From: a virus
Length of the DNA stretch: 64,000 bases
Direction: 5' to 3' (one strand)
Virus record (IMG/VR): IMGVR_UViG_3300009152_000046
Coordinates: 2,425 to 66,424 of that record
A program made the translations under genes and the position numbers. A model generated the notes under the pieces. The model had not been told where the DNA came from. It saw only the letters and a program-made list of their open reading frames with translations, and did not search any database. Below, piece by piece: positions 1 through 9,961 of this stretch; the first letter of the stretch is position 1, and each line of letters begins with the position of its first letter.

Positions 1-5
1 AACTA

Positions 6-284
6 ATGGATGTAAACTCAAATGCCATGCGATCTCTGTCTAAAGAGGTAGATTCAGTACCAGAAGATGAGTATTTTGAAAAATATGAAGATTTACATAA
101 TGCTACTGAAAACCTCCTATATCAATCTAGTGACAAACTAAATGCTATTGATATTATTATTAGTGCATTCCGAGAAATAGAATACAAAGCAGACGAAGAT
201 AATTTCAAGGACAAATTTGGTGATATTCAACAAATTAACCTAGGAGAATCAGTTATTCGTCTAGAACGAATTACTATGCTGTAA
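6..284 (+). CDS. hypothetical protein, possibly 5'-truncated by the window edge
   Basis: 92-aa ORF; no in-frame stop upstream within the window. Confidence 0.55.
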   Translation: MDVNSNAMRSLSKEVDSVPEDEYFEKYEDLHNATENLLYQSSDKLNAIDIIISAFREIEYKADEDNFKDKFGDIQQINLGESVIRLERITML

Positions 285-292
285 TTCGTAAG

Positions 293-300
293 ATAAATAA
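293..300 (+). promoter_or_regulatory. T4-like late promoter ATAAATAA (representative copy)
   Basis: Same motif on + at 4882, 5652, 7432, 12050, 16287, 18018, 18804, 27464, 32696, 37071, 38856, 56667, 57349 and 60427, and on - at 4847-4854, 24738-24745 and 31482-31489; nearly always just upstream of ORFs; resembles the T4 late box TATAAATA. Confidence 0.75.
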
Positions 301-319
301 TAAAAAAAGATAAGTTAGA

Positions 320-1675
320 ATGTCAAATTCAATTAACAAATTTTGGGCAAAAACGTTCGAAAGTTTTATCAACTTCGACTCTATTTTTGAAGCGTCTACC
401 CTAAGTAAGACTGGTATGCCAGATAAGATGGTGACCGCTATTCATAAAAAAGCTGAACACTGGGATGAATATCCAAGAATGGCGCACACTTACCGTGGAG
501 GAACAGCGATTCCGATGCCGTATAAATATCATGCACCATCTCACGATATTGAAATTAGCGAGCCTAAAGTGTTTACTGGTAAAAAGACTAATGTTGATCC
601 ATATAGTGGTCGCGAAATTAAAAGTTTCTACACTGACTTTCACTGGTTTATTGAGTCTCTACCTTTTGGACAAAATCGTGTCTTGATCGCAAATCCTGAC
701 CTAGATTTTTACATGTATATTTATGATAAATCAAAAAGTAAGGGAGCTACTGGAATGCAGTATGCAATCTTATGGTGGGATAAAGATCGTAAGCGTGCAG
801 TTGACTTCGGTTATTCTGAATTAACAACTCAAGCAGTTGACCGTTCTAGAATTCGTGTAGTACATGATACTAAAGGTGGAAACCGTAGTGATAAAATTCA
901 AGAATTTATTAGATCAGCGACTAAAGAAGGTGAAAAAAATTATGCACCGTCTACTAGTAAACCATTATACGCATATAACTTAGATGTAGACTATAGTGGA
1001 CAAACTGAACCTAGAGCTACACGTAAGGGCAGAGCCGGTTCTGCCGCTCCAGTAACATCAGTTGCTCTAATCGATGTATTTGCAGAGCGTTATAAAAACT
1101 TGCTTTCTATTTCTAAAGATGCAGTTAAAGGTAAATTTGTAGCTCAAGTCAATGCTGCCGAAGGTTATGCTCAGCCTTCTGCTCCAGTAGAAGAACTTGC
1201 AAGCTCAATTGAAGTTGATGCTAACCAATTAATGTATTTCCTTTTCACTAAAGTTAGAGATTTTAGAAAAGAATTATACGGACTTGGTGCTGGTGCATAC
1301 TCTAAAACTACTGGCTTCGAATTAGAAGCTGAAAATAAAATTGCTGACTCTTTTCCAAGACGTTCATATGCTGCAAGATACGAAGTTTCTTCAAAGACAT
1401 TTAGTCCAGACGAAGAGCGTGCAGATCCCGAACAAGGATTTAGAGAAGCTCAACCTGAAAAATACAGAAGATCTCTTCCTGTTGCTGGAGAATATGCATC
1501 TATTCCAAGTATTATTAAAAACCATACACTGGATGGAACTCTATTCCGTTTCTTATATTACACATTAAGTGGAAAAATCAATGCACCTAAAGTTAATATT
1601 CTTGCTCTATTAGGAATCGATCCTGATCAAGAAGATTTTACAGGATTGCCTGATTTTGAAACTTGGACTCTATAA
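320..1675 (+). CDS. hypothetical late protein, putative virion/internal head protein
   Basis: 451-aa ORF after a late promoter; N-terminal KTFESFINFDSIFE motif. Confidence 0.6.
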   Translation: MSNSINKFWAKTFESFINFDSIFEASTLSKTGMPDKMVTAIHKKAEHWDEYPRMAHTYRGGTAIPMPYKYHAPSHDIEISEPKVFTGKKTNVDPYSGREIKSFYTDFHWFIESLPFGQNRVLIANPDLDFYMYIYDKSKSKGATGMQYAILWWDKDRKRAVDFGYSELTTQAVDRSRIRVVHDTKGGNRSDKIQEFIRSATKEGEKNYAPSTSKPLYAYNLDVDYSGQTEPRATRKGRAGSAAPVTSVALIDVFAERYKNLLSISKDAVKGKFVAQVNAAEGYAQPSAPVEELASSIEVDANQLMYFLFTKVRDFRKELYGLGAGAYSKTTGFELEAENKIADSFPRRSYAARYEVSSKTFSPDEERADPEQGFREAQPEKYRRSLPVAGEYASIPSIIKNHTLDGTLFRFLYYTLSGKINAPKVNILALLGIDPDQEDFTGLPDFETWTL

Positions 1676-1679
1676 TACA

Positions 1680-2075
1680 ATGAGCCATAAGTACATCAAG
1701 CTATTTGAAAGTGTCGAGGATATTAAAGATAAAAATATCCTCGATAACTTAATTATTCTGGCTGAAACTGGAATATTAGATATTACTGATACTGACTTTA
1801 CTGATGTTGGACCACGCAACGAGGGCTACGAGATTTACCTGGTAACTGACGATGGGAATGTAGGTTTCCACTGGGATTCGGAAGAGTCAACTGAATATAC
1901 TGGCGACAGCTGGTGGGACATGTTAATCTATTATACTCGTACAATTGGAGATACTCGTTATTCTCTTATTATGAGAGGAAGCGGTAAGGGACATGGAGAC
2001 GAGGTTGAACTTGAAGAAACTGAGTCAGTCTTAAGACTATATAGCAAACCTGCTACAGAAAAAGCCAGATTTTAA
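1680..2075 (+). CDS. hypothetical acidic protein
   Basis: ATG at 1680 (MSHKYIKLFESVE) just after the preceding stop. Confidence 0.65.
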   Translation: MSHKYIKLFESVEDIKDKNILDNLIILAETGILDITDTDFTDVGPRNEGYEIYLVTDDGNVGFHWDSEESTEYTGDSWWDMLIYYTRTIGDTRYSLIMRGSGKGHGDEVELEETESVLRLYSKPATEKARF

Positions 2076-2088
2076 TCTGGCTTTTTTT
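2059..2088. terminator. bidirectional intrinsic terminator
   Basis: AAAAAGCCAGAT-ttta-ATCTGGCTTTTTT between convergent genes. Confidence 0.8.
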
Positions 2089-2608
2089 ATTTTAATTTAA
2101 TATCAAGACCCATTTTCTGCATTTTGATAATGACTTCAGCATTACCCTTTGCATCATCTACTGGGTGATGCGTGTGTACAGTGTCTCTAAGATGTTTCCA
2201 CTTTGCACGCGAATCTTTTACTAAGCCACAGTACATGTCTCCAATTCTTCTACCTGAATATCCAAATGGGTTTGAACCCAAGAAATAGTGAAAGTAATAA
2301 TTGACCCATTGCCAATCGAATGCAAGGTTATCTGAAATAAAGACCGGTCGGCCGCTTTGGTTATTAGCTTCAATCCAGTCTTTAAACTCCTGCATCACGA
2401 TAGCCGGGTCTCTAAATCCCATATGCTGGTCTCGAGTAATGCCGCTTATTGCAAGAGATTCAGGTATCCATTCACCTGAAATTGGTGCTACTTCTCCATA
2501 AAATGTTTTGCTTAAGCTTGGTTCCACAATTACTGCGCCAAACGACACCATTGAATATTTGTGTGGAATCGGTCCGTCTGCTTCAATATCTACTACGATT
2601 AAACTCAT
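2087..2608 (-). CDS. DEDDh 3'-5' exo(ribo)nuclease, RNase AS/Rv2179c-like
   Basis: VVDIEADG, DNLAFDW and HHPVDDA motifs. Confidence 0.8.
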   Translation of the reverse strand: MSLIVVDIEADGPIPHKYSMVSFGAVIVEPSLSKTFYGEVAPISGEWIPESLAISGITRDQHMGFRDPAIVMQEFKDWIEANNQSGRPVFISDNLAFDWQWVNYYFHYFLGSNPFGYSGRRIGDMYCGLVKDSRAKWKHLRDTVHTHHPVDDAKGNAEVIIKMQKMGLDIKLK

Positions 2609-2853
2609 AATAATAAAAATTTCTTTAATTTGTTAGTTATTTCTTCTTCGAATACTCGAGTATAGCGATTGCCTTCAGTTGGAGTTTCGCCATTTTTTAT
2701 GGCGCATACAATATTAACTTCTCTCCATTCTCCCTGAGAATCGTGATTGCCCCATTGATCCCATACCGAATAGCTATGATCGACTATTGAATATCCTTCT
2801 TTTTGCAGAAACTCTTTCATTTCTGACTCTTTAAAATAAATGTCTAGTTTCAT
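2605..2853 (-). CDS. hypothetical protein
   Basis: 82-aa ORF translationally coupled to its neighbours. Confidence 0.6.
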   Translation of the reverse strand: MKLDIYFKESEMKEFLQKEGYSIVDHSYSVWDQWGNHDSQGEWREVNIVCAIKNGETPTEGNRYTRVFEEEITNKLKKFLLL

Positions 2854-2854
2854 C

Positions 2855-3826
2855 TTATTTGAATCCTACTTTACTACCTTTTTTAATACGTGGTGCGTTT
2901 TTTAAATCTCCTAAGTGTTTGATTGACTCTTCGAATGTTTTTCCCATTACGATTACCGAAATAATAAGTTCCTTTAAGTGAGAAAGAGACATGTTTTCAG
3001 TAAGCTGGATCCATTCACCAATATTGATTCGATCTAAATCCTCTGCTGTAAGTTTTGATTTGATGTAAGCTTCTCTTACCTCGCGAGTTGGCATTTCAAC
3101 TTGGTATCTTCTATCAAATCTGGCAGGACGATTCGTGATCCTCTCTTGTAACTTCTCGGGATAGTTTGTTGTCGCGATATAAACTACATTCTCAATCTGT
3201 TTGATCCCATCCAGGATGTTCAGGAGCTTTGTGGTAGAGTACCGATCCTCTCCAGCTAAGGAGTCAATGTCTTCAAGGATTACAATCAGCGGTCGATCTG
3301 GCTCAATTATTTTAATCGTGGTGATAAACTCTGAAAAATAGCGGATTTCATCCTCGTCCTTAATGTTGATAACTATTCCATTCTTCTTTTCAATAATGTG
3401 TTTTATACAAAGCTGGATAATACCTGATTTGCCACAGCCTGGGTCTCCATACAATAGAATCCCGCGTTTGTGTACAAAATTATAGTCGCGATAGGTAGAA
3501 CGACGTTCCCAAAAACATTCAATATCTTCAAGAATACTCTTGATCTCAGCAGACGGTAGTTCATATAACTCGTCCACGTTCATTGGTTGTTTCTTCAGGG
3601 TATGCGCTTGTAAAGAAGCATTCCACTTTATTTCGTATAAACCACTAGGAATTGTTGGAGTGGTTGGAAATGCAGCAACATACTCCTCTCCTTTCATCGA
3701 GCTCCAACAGCTTGGGTTGTCAGGTCTCGGTTCATCTTCAGTAGTGTCGTCGTCGTCCATTAAATCGGATACTATGCCGAGCTTTCTTTCAAGCTCATCG
3801 ATCGTGAGTGTCTTGTTTTTTGTCAT
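2855..3826 (-). CDS. AAA+ ATPase
   Basis: Walker A GDPGCGKS, Walker B ILEDID, SRH TTNYPE..RPARFD. Confidence 0.9.
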   Translation of the reverse strand: MTKNKTLTIDELERKLGIVSDLMDDDDTTEDEPRPDNPSCWSSMKGEEYVAAFPTTPTIPSGLYEIKWNASLQAHTLKKQPMNVDELYELPSAEIKSILEDIECFWERRSTYRDYNFVHKRGILLYGDPGCGKSGIIQLCIKHIIEKKNGIVINIKDEDEIRYFSEFITTIKIIEPDRPLIVILEDIDSLAGEDRYSTTKLLNILDGIKQIENVVYIATTNYPEKLQERITNRPARFDRRYQVEMPTREVREAYIKSKLTAEDLDRINIGEWIQLTENMSLSHLKELIISVIVMGKTFEESIKHLGDLKNAPRIKKGSKVGFK

Positions 3827-3841
3827 ATGTACAGTTTTTAA

Positions 3842-3870
3842 TACTATACAAAGAAACCCGCAAAAAGTTT
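3842..3870 (-). promoter_or_regulatory. putative early/middle promoter AAACY-N16/17-TATAAT-like (representative copy)
   Basis: AAACT-17nt-TATAGT here; same architecture near 13163(-), 18013(-), 27350(-), 30970(-), 35226(+), 43974(+), 55639(-) and 63603(-). Confidence 0.6.
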
Positions 3871-3879
3871 AGAAAAAGG

Positions 3880-4827
3880 TTATTTAATGTACTTAGAAAA
3901 CCACTGAGGTTGTACATTCTTCTTGATGAGTTTATCAAGATCACCATCGTCACGTCGATACACTAGAGAATTAAGTCTCTTTTTAATTTCTTTAAGCTGT
4001 GGAGGTAGCTCATTTGGTGAGCCTCCATCTACAAAAAAGTCAGTAGTTTCAGTACCATCTAAATTAAATTCAATATCAGTATACGGCGGAGTCCAGTAGT
4101 CTCCTGGATCATGATCCACGCGTATTTCAAATTCAGTACTAAACATAAAGGTCACATCAACTGCTGGATCCATGTCAAAATACTGCAAGTACTTTTCATA
4201 TTTTTTGTCTTTACATAAGACTCTAAAATTTATGTCCCATTCTACTGGCGAGGCTGACACATCAGATGCATCACTTGCAGCATTTTTTAATTCATCGCTA
4301 ACTTCGTGAGAAAGAATATCGATTTCTGGAATATTAAAAAATGCAGTGTTTGCAGTTTCAGTAACTACCATTGAATAAAACTCGTTCCATAACTGATCTC
4401 GCTCTTCCATATTGGAGTCAGCTGATTCTAATATGTACTCTACTGGATCAACCACATCTTCGATTTCTCTAAGAGCAGACTGAAGATTTGCATGTTTTAA
4501 GGTCTTCCAATGCCATGGAGTTTTATTATTGTTTTTCACGACACTGATCTTGCCAGGAGTCTTAAGATTTAGGACTGATCTAAGTGCATCTTCACTTAAA
4601 AATGCTATTTTTGCACTACGCAACTGTCCATCTTGTCTAGTAATTCGATAAAAATCATTTGAAAGAAATAACATTGTTACTCCAGTGTGAAGCTCAGCAC
4701 TGCCAATTACGTGGGTTGCGAACAGAGACTTTTTACCAGCCTTTTCTTTTCCCTTAATTAGGACCACTGCACCAAATCCAACGGACTCATCTATCTTTTC
4801 AAAGTAGCTTTTTATATGCTTTGCCAT
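3880..4827 (-). CDS. hypothetical late protein
   Basis: 315-aa ORF; ATAAATAA on the minus strand at 4847-4854. Confidence 0.65.
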   Translation of the reverse strand: MAKHIKSYFEKIDESVGFGAVVLIKGKEKAGKKSLFATHVIGSAELHTGVTMLFLSNDFYRITRQDGQLRSAKIAFLSEDALRSVLNLKTPGKISVVKNNNKTPWHWKTLKHANLQSALREIEDVVDPVEYILESADSNMEERDQLWNEFYSMVVTETANTAFFNIPEIDILSHEVSDELKNAASDASDVSASPVEWDINFRVLCKDKKYEKYLQYFDMDPAVDVTFMFSTEFEIRVDHDPGDYWTPPYTDIEFNLDGTETTDFFVDGGSPNELPPQLKEIKKRLNSLVYRRDDGDLDKLIKKNVQPQWFSKYIK

Positions 4828-4910
4828 TATCTAGTATTTCTTTATCTTATTTATTCTACAAATAAAAATAAGTTGTGATCGATAAATAACATAAATACTA
4901 TATTTTCGTT

Positions 4911-5651
4911 TTGAAGAAAAATGTTTATACCTTTCGTCAGTGGTTAGCTGAAGAAGTTGAATATCACAAAGAGCTTTGTCCAAAGGTATGGAATAATCAC
5001 CAGCTTGATCCAGAGGTAAGAAAAAAGTTATTAGCAATAGGTCAAGACTTTTGGGAATCACTAAAACTTGAAGTTCCAGTAGTGGATGTGCAATTAACTG
5101 GTTCACTTGCAAATTTTAACTGGACTAACTCATCTGATTTGGACGTACATATAATTATTGATTTTTCACAAGTTGATAAAAACGTTGAGCTAGTACGAAA
5201 AGCGTTAGATGGTCAGAGATTTATCTGGAATCAACGTCACCCAGCTATCGTAAAAGGACATGATGTTGAATGTTATGTACAACATAAGGACGAACAGCAC
5301 GTTTCGTCTGGCTTGTTTTCAATCCTAAAGAATAAATGGTTAGTTACTCCTACCTGGAATCCTCCACAAGTTGACGAAAAAGACGTTAACGAAAAGGTAA
5401 GGGTAATTAAGTCTGAATTCAAAGAGATTAAATCAAGAATGCGTGGAGCATCGGCTGAAGAATCCCTTTCTCTATATGATTATCTTGAACGTTTTAAGAA
5501 AAAGATTATGGCAGATCGTAAAGAAGGACTTGCTACTGACGGCGAGTTTTCAGTAGAAAACCTAGTATTTAAGGAGCTGCGTCGTGACGGCACCATCGAG
5601 GACATACTAGATACAATGAGTCAGATTTATACAAATATCTATCAAGATTAA
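4911..5651 (+). CDS. Pol-beta-superfamily nucleotidyltransferase
   Basis: hGS...SDLDVH motif (TGSLANFNWTNSSDLDVHII) plus a third acidic residue (DVECY); TTG start. Confidence 0.75.
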   Translation: MKKNVYTFRQWLAEEVEYHKELCPKVWNNHQLDPEVRKKLLAIGQDFWESLKLEVPVVDVQLTGSLANFNWTNSSDLDVHIIIDFSQVDKNVELVRKALDGQRFIWNQRHPAIVKGHDVECYVQHKDEQHVSSGLFSILKNKWLVTPTWNPPQVDEKDVNEKVRVIKSEFKEIKSRMRGASAEESLSLYDYLERFKKKIMADRKEGLATDGEFSVENLVFKELRRDGTIEDILDTMSQIYTNIYQD

Positions 5652-5832
5652 ATAAATAATAAAAATAACTCAAATAAATGGCATTTATTAATTGGGGTTC
5701 TGAGAGCCCAGAACAACTAGCAATTAGGCGTCAAATCGAAGAGCAGACGATGTACGAACAGATGGTAATGATGGCACAAAGCAGAGCAGGTCAAGCTCCT
5801 GGTGCTGCTGGAGTAGCTGGTGGCGGTGGCGG
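5652..5832 (+). repeat. dispersed ~180 bp repeat, copy 1 (late promoter plus first ~52 codons)
   Basis: Near-identical to 60427-60604. Confidence 0.9.
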
Positions 5833-7081
5833 AGGTCTCACTAACTTTGCTGCACTGTTCAGTCTATATGAAGGACTAACAACATACGCACAAAGTGCAA
5901 CCAGTGACGAAGCCGGTAACATATATACTTTATCTTCTGTAGAAACTGAAGGTGATAAAAATAATGTTCTACGTAAGATATCGTCTACTGGAGTTATTAT
6001 TTGGGAAATCATAGTAGAGTCAAGTATGCCAGAATCCGATATTACGCCGAGTCGTATTAGATTGTCTCCTGATGGGTTTTTGTATGTGGTCGTAAGCGCA
6101 GGTATCTCAAAACATATGACAGAGGACGGTACTTTGCTTTGGACCTATTTAGTCGATACTGATGTTACTAACACAGATATGATTTCTGTGGCTTTCTTGT
6201 CAGATGGAACACCAGTAACACTTTCTGACCTTGATGAATTTGATAATGGTATTGAAACATCTTTATTATGTACCTGGGATAAAATCACTGGTGCTAAACT
6301 TACAGAAAAACAATTTGACTTAGGAATCGGTGATCAATATTCCCAAGCCGATATTATGATTGACGCGGAAGATAACGTAATTCTGGCCTTAGATTATGAT
6401 GACGGTGGATATGGTACTGTGATAATAAAATGGAATTTATCTGACGATAGTGAAGTATGGCGTTACGATATCTATGAAGATGATTATGATGATCAAGATC
6501 AAGACGTTACTGGATTAGGAATGGATCAAGAGGGCAATATCTATGCTAATGGTTATGGCCGAGGACTAACAAAATTAAACTCAGACGGAGAATTGGTTTG
6601 GGCAAGGGTTATAGACGAAGACTTAAACTTATATGGACTAGCCGTTTCACCAGTTGGAGATTGCTATATGTATGGTGATGATTATGAAGCGCTTCAGGTT
6701 ACTAAAATATCATCAGACGGAGATTTACAATGGAGCTATCGTGTTACTGCAGCAGATGATTTAGACGATTCAGGATGGGACGATAACGCAATTTCTTCGG
6801 CACAATGGTCTAACGGCAAGCTATATTTAATGGCACGATATGACTGGGATGATGATTCTGATGAACAAGAACTTATACTTCGGGTTGGTGATCAGCAAAT
6901 TTCGGGTGTCTATGGACCTTTTACTTTTACTCCATATTCTCAAGAGATGATAACAGTAAATCCACCAGATAATGGACATACTGCAAGTACGGCTAATACC
7001 AATATTTTATCAAATAGCGGTGCTACATTAAATACTTTTTATACTAACCTCATAACAGTTGAAATAACAAATTTACCATAA
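5678..7081 (+). CDS. putative virion surface protein: shared N-terminal module plus acidic beta-propeller-like domain
   Basis: Repeated D/SxxGN-IY and KxSSxGxxxW blade-like motifs after a poly-Gly linker. Confidence 0.6.
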   Translation: MAFINWGSESPEQLAIRRQIEEQTMYEQMVMMAQSRAGQAPGAAGVAGGGGGGLTNFAALFSLYEGLTTYAQSATSDEAGNIYTLSSVETEGDKNNVLRKISSTGVIIWEIIVESSMPESDITPSRIRLSPDGFLYVVVSAGISKHMTEDGTLLWTYLVDTDVTNTDMISVAFLSDGTPVTLSDLDEFDNGIETSLLCTWDKITGAKLTEKQFDLGIGDQYSQADIMIDAEDNVILALDYDDGGYGTVIIKWNLSDDSEVWRYDIYEDDYDDQDQDVTGLGMDQEGNIYANGYGRGLTKLNSDGELVWARVIDEDLNLYGLAVSPVGDCYMYGDDYEALQVTKISSDGDLQWSYRVTAADDLDDSGWDDNAISSAQWSNGKLYLMARYDWDDDSDEQELILRVGDQQISGVYGPFTFTPYSQEMITVNPPDNGHTASTANTNILSNSGATLNTFYTNLITVEITNLP

Positions 7082-7083
7082 AT

Positions 7084-7359
7084 ATGAAAACATTAATAGA
7101 AAATAGCATTTTGGTTAAACGCACAGGAAAAGGCAACCAAGTAAAAACAATTTTTAACTCTGCAGAAACAGAGTCACAGAAGTGGTTTGATATCTCAGGA
7201 CTTTCAGGAAAAAGAGTATCAGTTGAGTATTCTTACACTGAAGACTCCCTAACTAAATTCGGTTCTCTGTTTATCAGTATACCGGAGTCGTTAGATGAAT
7301 CTGCTGTAAAGGAACACATAATTTCTGCAATAACAGAATTTTTATCAAATCCTGCATAA
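7084..7359 (+). CDS. hypothetical protein
   Basis: 91-aa ORF. Confidence 0.6.
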   Translation: MKTLIENSILVKRTGKGNQVKTIFNSAETESQKWFDISGLSGKRVSVEYSYTEDSLTKFGSLFISIPESLDESAVKEHIISAITEFLSNPA

Positions 7360-7456
7360 ACGCCAAGTTTATTTTAACGTGAATAGGCGAAGATTCCTTA
7401 CACGAATTAAAAGAATACTTATAAGAAGTAAATAAATAATAAAAAAAAGAAACTAC

Positions 7457-8509
7457 ATGCATCGTTTTATCGACTATAGAAAAATTTTTGAAGCAGAAGA
7501 GACTGGAACCCCAATTGATCCTGCACAAGTAACTCAATCCCAACCTACACAAGCAGAAGCACCAGTTATGACTGGCATTACCGCTCCATCTGGAAAAAAC
7601 GCAATGTTGATAGTATATCTTACTGATGCGGATTCAGAACAATTATCTGATTTTGCACAACAAGGAAATCAAACTGGAGAAATATTTGTTCGTCCAGCGG
7701 TTTTAGTGGACAAGAAAAATCCTGATCCAGCAAAACCGCTAATCGTTCCTAATTTTCCAACAGACCTTAATGTTGCTCTTGCAGTGGCAGTAGACGATAT
7801 GACAAAGACGTATCCTACAGCTGATGCAGCGCATGGAGTTACTGCGGAAAACACACTAGTATTTAACGTGTTACCAAAACAACTTTCTGGATTATCGGAT
7901 ATTGACTCCGGTCCAGTTACGCTACCTTTTAACACTAAAGCTGGAGATCCAAACTCAGCAATGAATGTAATGTTTATTAAAACTCAAGCTGGTGCTCAAA
8001 ATGCACCAACTGAACCGGCTGAACCGGCTGAAGCTACTGCATCTAAAACTCCTGAGATGATTCAACAAATGGCAGACACTGGAACAACTGCTCCTGGTGC
8101 TCTTACCTCGACTGGTGCAAATCCTACTAAATCAATTAACAGCTTCGACGAATTCGTTAGCGAATCTAAAAAGAAATGGATCGCAGATATTGATATGAAG
8201 AAAGGAGCTCTTCGTAAAGAGATGAAGAAGGGAAAAGAAGAAAAGATTACTAAAGCTGATATCTTAAAAAAAGAAGCTAGCTTGAAGAAAAAAGACAAGG
8301 ACAAGAAAAAACCAGGTCTTCAATTAAATAAAAAAGATGCTAAGACTCACAAGAGAGATGTTCTTGCTCTTAACTTAATGAAAGCATCTGGTGCAATCAG
8401 CGAATCGAGACAAGAAAAAATCAAAGGTGCAAAAGATCAATTGGTGAAAATACACGAAGTTATTTCTAAAATGATCGAACAAACTGCACGTAAAAATAAA
8501 GGAATCTAA
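7457..8509 (+). CDS. hypothetical late protein with Lys-rich C-terminus
   Basis: Late promoter at 7432; internal INSFDEFVSES motif. Confidence 0.65.
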   Translation: MHRFIDYRKIFEAEETGTPIDPAQVTQSQPTQAEAPVMTGITAPSGKNAMLIVYLTDADSEQLSDFAQQGNQTGEIFVRPAVLVDKKNPDPAKPLIVPNFPTDLNVALAVAVDDMTKTYPTADAAHGVTAENTLVFNVLPKQLSGLSDIDSGPVTLPFNTKAGDPNSAMNVMFIKTQAGAQNAPTEPAEPAEATASKTPEMIQQMADTGTTAPGALTSTGANPTKSINSFDEFVSESKKKWIADIDMKKGALRKEMKKGKEEKITKADILKKEASLKKKDKDKKKPGLQLNKKDAKTHKRDVLALNLMKASGAISESRQEKIKGAKDQLVKIHEVISKMIEQTARKNKGI

Positions 8510-8510
8510 T

Positions 8511-9029
8511 ATGAAACTTAACGAATGTTCATGTGGCTGCGGCGGAATGTCAGATGGCTGTACTAGTAATCAAAAGGAACAGGAAAACTATATGTTTTTC
8601 GGAAACTTGGAAACTATTAAAAGAGCTGTTGATTCTCTTCTACAAATGGATCCACAAAAAGTTGACGCTATCCTAAAGGATGGACATAACTGGGCAGCAG
8701 ATCATATTGCTACTTCAAAGGACGATATCGAAGAAGTTGCAGGATTCTTAATGAATCGTATGGGTGAAAACCAAATGATGTCTCAACCTAACGAAAAGAG
8801 TATGGGATACGTACAAACATTTGAAAGTTTTGTTAAAAAATATGGAGAGAAAATAACTCCAGAAGAATTTAAAAAGATTAAGAAAAATACTAAGATCGTA
8901 TATTTAGGTACACCATACACTGTTGTAAAGAATGATGACTCAGTTCTGCATCTTAAATCTGAAAAAAGCGGTCACGAAAAAACAGTCAACTTAGGAATGT
9001 TTAATCATGGCGGCGCAATCACTGGATAA
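8511..9029 (+). CDS. hypothetical late protein
   Basis: 172-aa ORF; internal VQTFESFV motif. Confidence 0.65.
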   Translation: MKLNECSCGCGGMSDGCTSNQKEQENYMFFGNLETIKRAVDSLLQMDPQKVDAILKDGHNWAADHIATSKDDIEEVAGFLMNRMGENQMMSQPNEKSMGYVQTFESFVKKYGEKITPEEFKKIKKNTKIVYLGTPYTVVKNDDSVLHLKSEKSGHEKTVNLGMFNHGGAITG

Positions 9030-9048
9030 ACTAAAAAAATAATAAAGA

Positions 9049-9303
9049 ATGAACACGATTTACACTTTCGCAGAATTTATCAATGAGGCAAAGAAAATGC
9101 CAAAGATGAAAGAGGAAGCTCCAGTTAAAAAGGTAGCAAAGAAAAAAGAAGAAAAAGCTCCAGCCAAAAAGGTAGCGAAGAAAAAGATAGATCAAGACGG
9201 CGACGGTGATATGGATTTTGCTGATGCAAAAATTGCTCAATACACTGCGGGTGGAATGGACAAGAAGAAAGCAGTTGCTGCTTCTAAGAAATTCAATAAG
9301 TAA
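9049..9303 (+). CDS. small basic protein with EF-hand-like DxDxDG loop
   Basis: IYTFAEFINE N-terminus; KKVAKKK repeats; DQDGDGDMDFAD. Confidence 0.65.
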   Translation: MNTIYTFAEFINEAKKMPKMKEEAPVKKVAKKKEEKAPAKKVAKKKIDQDGDGDMDFADAKIAQYTAGGMDKKKAVAASKKFNK

Positions 9304-9322
9304 TATTCTTTAATCAAAAAGG

Positions 9323-9348
9323 AAAGCCAGCACTAAGCTGGCTTTTTT
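9323..9348. terminator. bidirectional intrinsic terminator
   Basis: AAAGCCAGC-actaa-GCTGGCTTTTTT. Confidence 0.8.
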
Positions 9349-9961
9349 AGTTTCCGATATAGAGTATCGTCGGATTATTTTTGTGTACATCGATTCCAGG
9401 ATATTCCCTCTTAAATTTTTCTAAGTTAAAAGGTTTAGTAATCAGGTGTATTCCATTTTTTGTTGAAATTATGTCAAGACATTTACTATTTTCTAAACTG
9501 CCATCTGGAGTTAGCTTAGTAATAGGCTCACATCTATATTCAATGAAAGCACACATCAGTGGACTCACTTGGTCGACTCCATCTAAATCAATTATCCATC
9601 GCTTTTCCTTACCCGTTGCATAAGCTCCGCATACTGAATCATAGGCATTACGAACTGACTTATAATCACGGTTCATAATAATATCTGTCACTTTTTTAAG
9701 CGTATGAAATGCAACCATCTCAAAAGATCGAACGTTAAGATTGATGTAGGCACGTGCTCCATGAAAATCACACAGAGCAACAATCTCAGGTTCGACTGCA
9801 TCGAGGTGATTGACTGATCTGATATAATAAGTCTTAATCACTTGAGAGTTTGACCCAAGTTCAGGGTGTTCTTTCTTGCGTTTTAAAACCTGAAGATGAT
9901 AGAAGTCGTCCTCACTTTCAAAGCGAATCAGTTTCATAATCTGTTTAAAATTATTGGTCAT
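9347..9961 (-). CDS. hypothetical phage protein with AEP-like motifs
   Basis: Likely start MTNNF at 9961; WIIDLD and STKNGIHLI motifs. Confidence 0.5.
   Translation of the reverse strand: MTNNFKQIMKLIRFESEDDFYHLQVLKRKKEHPELGSNSQVIKTYYIRSVNHLDAVEPEIVALCDFHGARAYINLNVRSFEMVAFHTLKKVTDIIMNRDYKSVRNAYDSVCGAYATGKEKRWIIDLDGVDQVSPLMCAFIEYRCEPITKLTPDGSLENSKCLDIISTKNGIHLITKPFNLEKFKREYPGIDVHKNNPTILYIGN

Noticed and set aside
5652-5832. Repeat pair as a diversity-generating retroelement template/variable repeat
   Set aside because: Both copies are N-terminal coding regions, the differences are not adenine-specific, and no reverse transcriptase is present in the window
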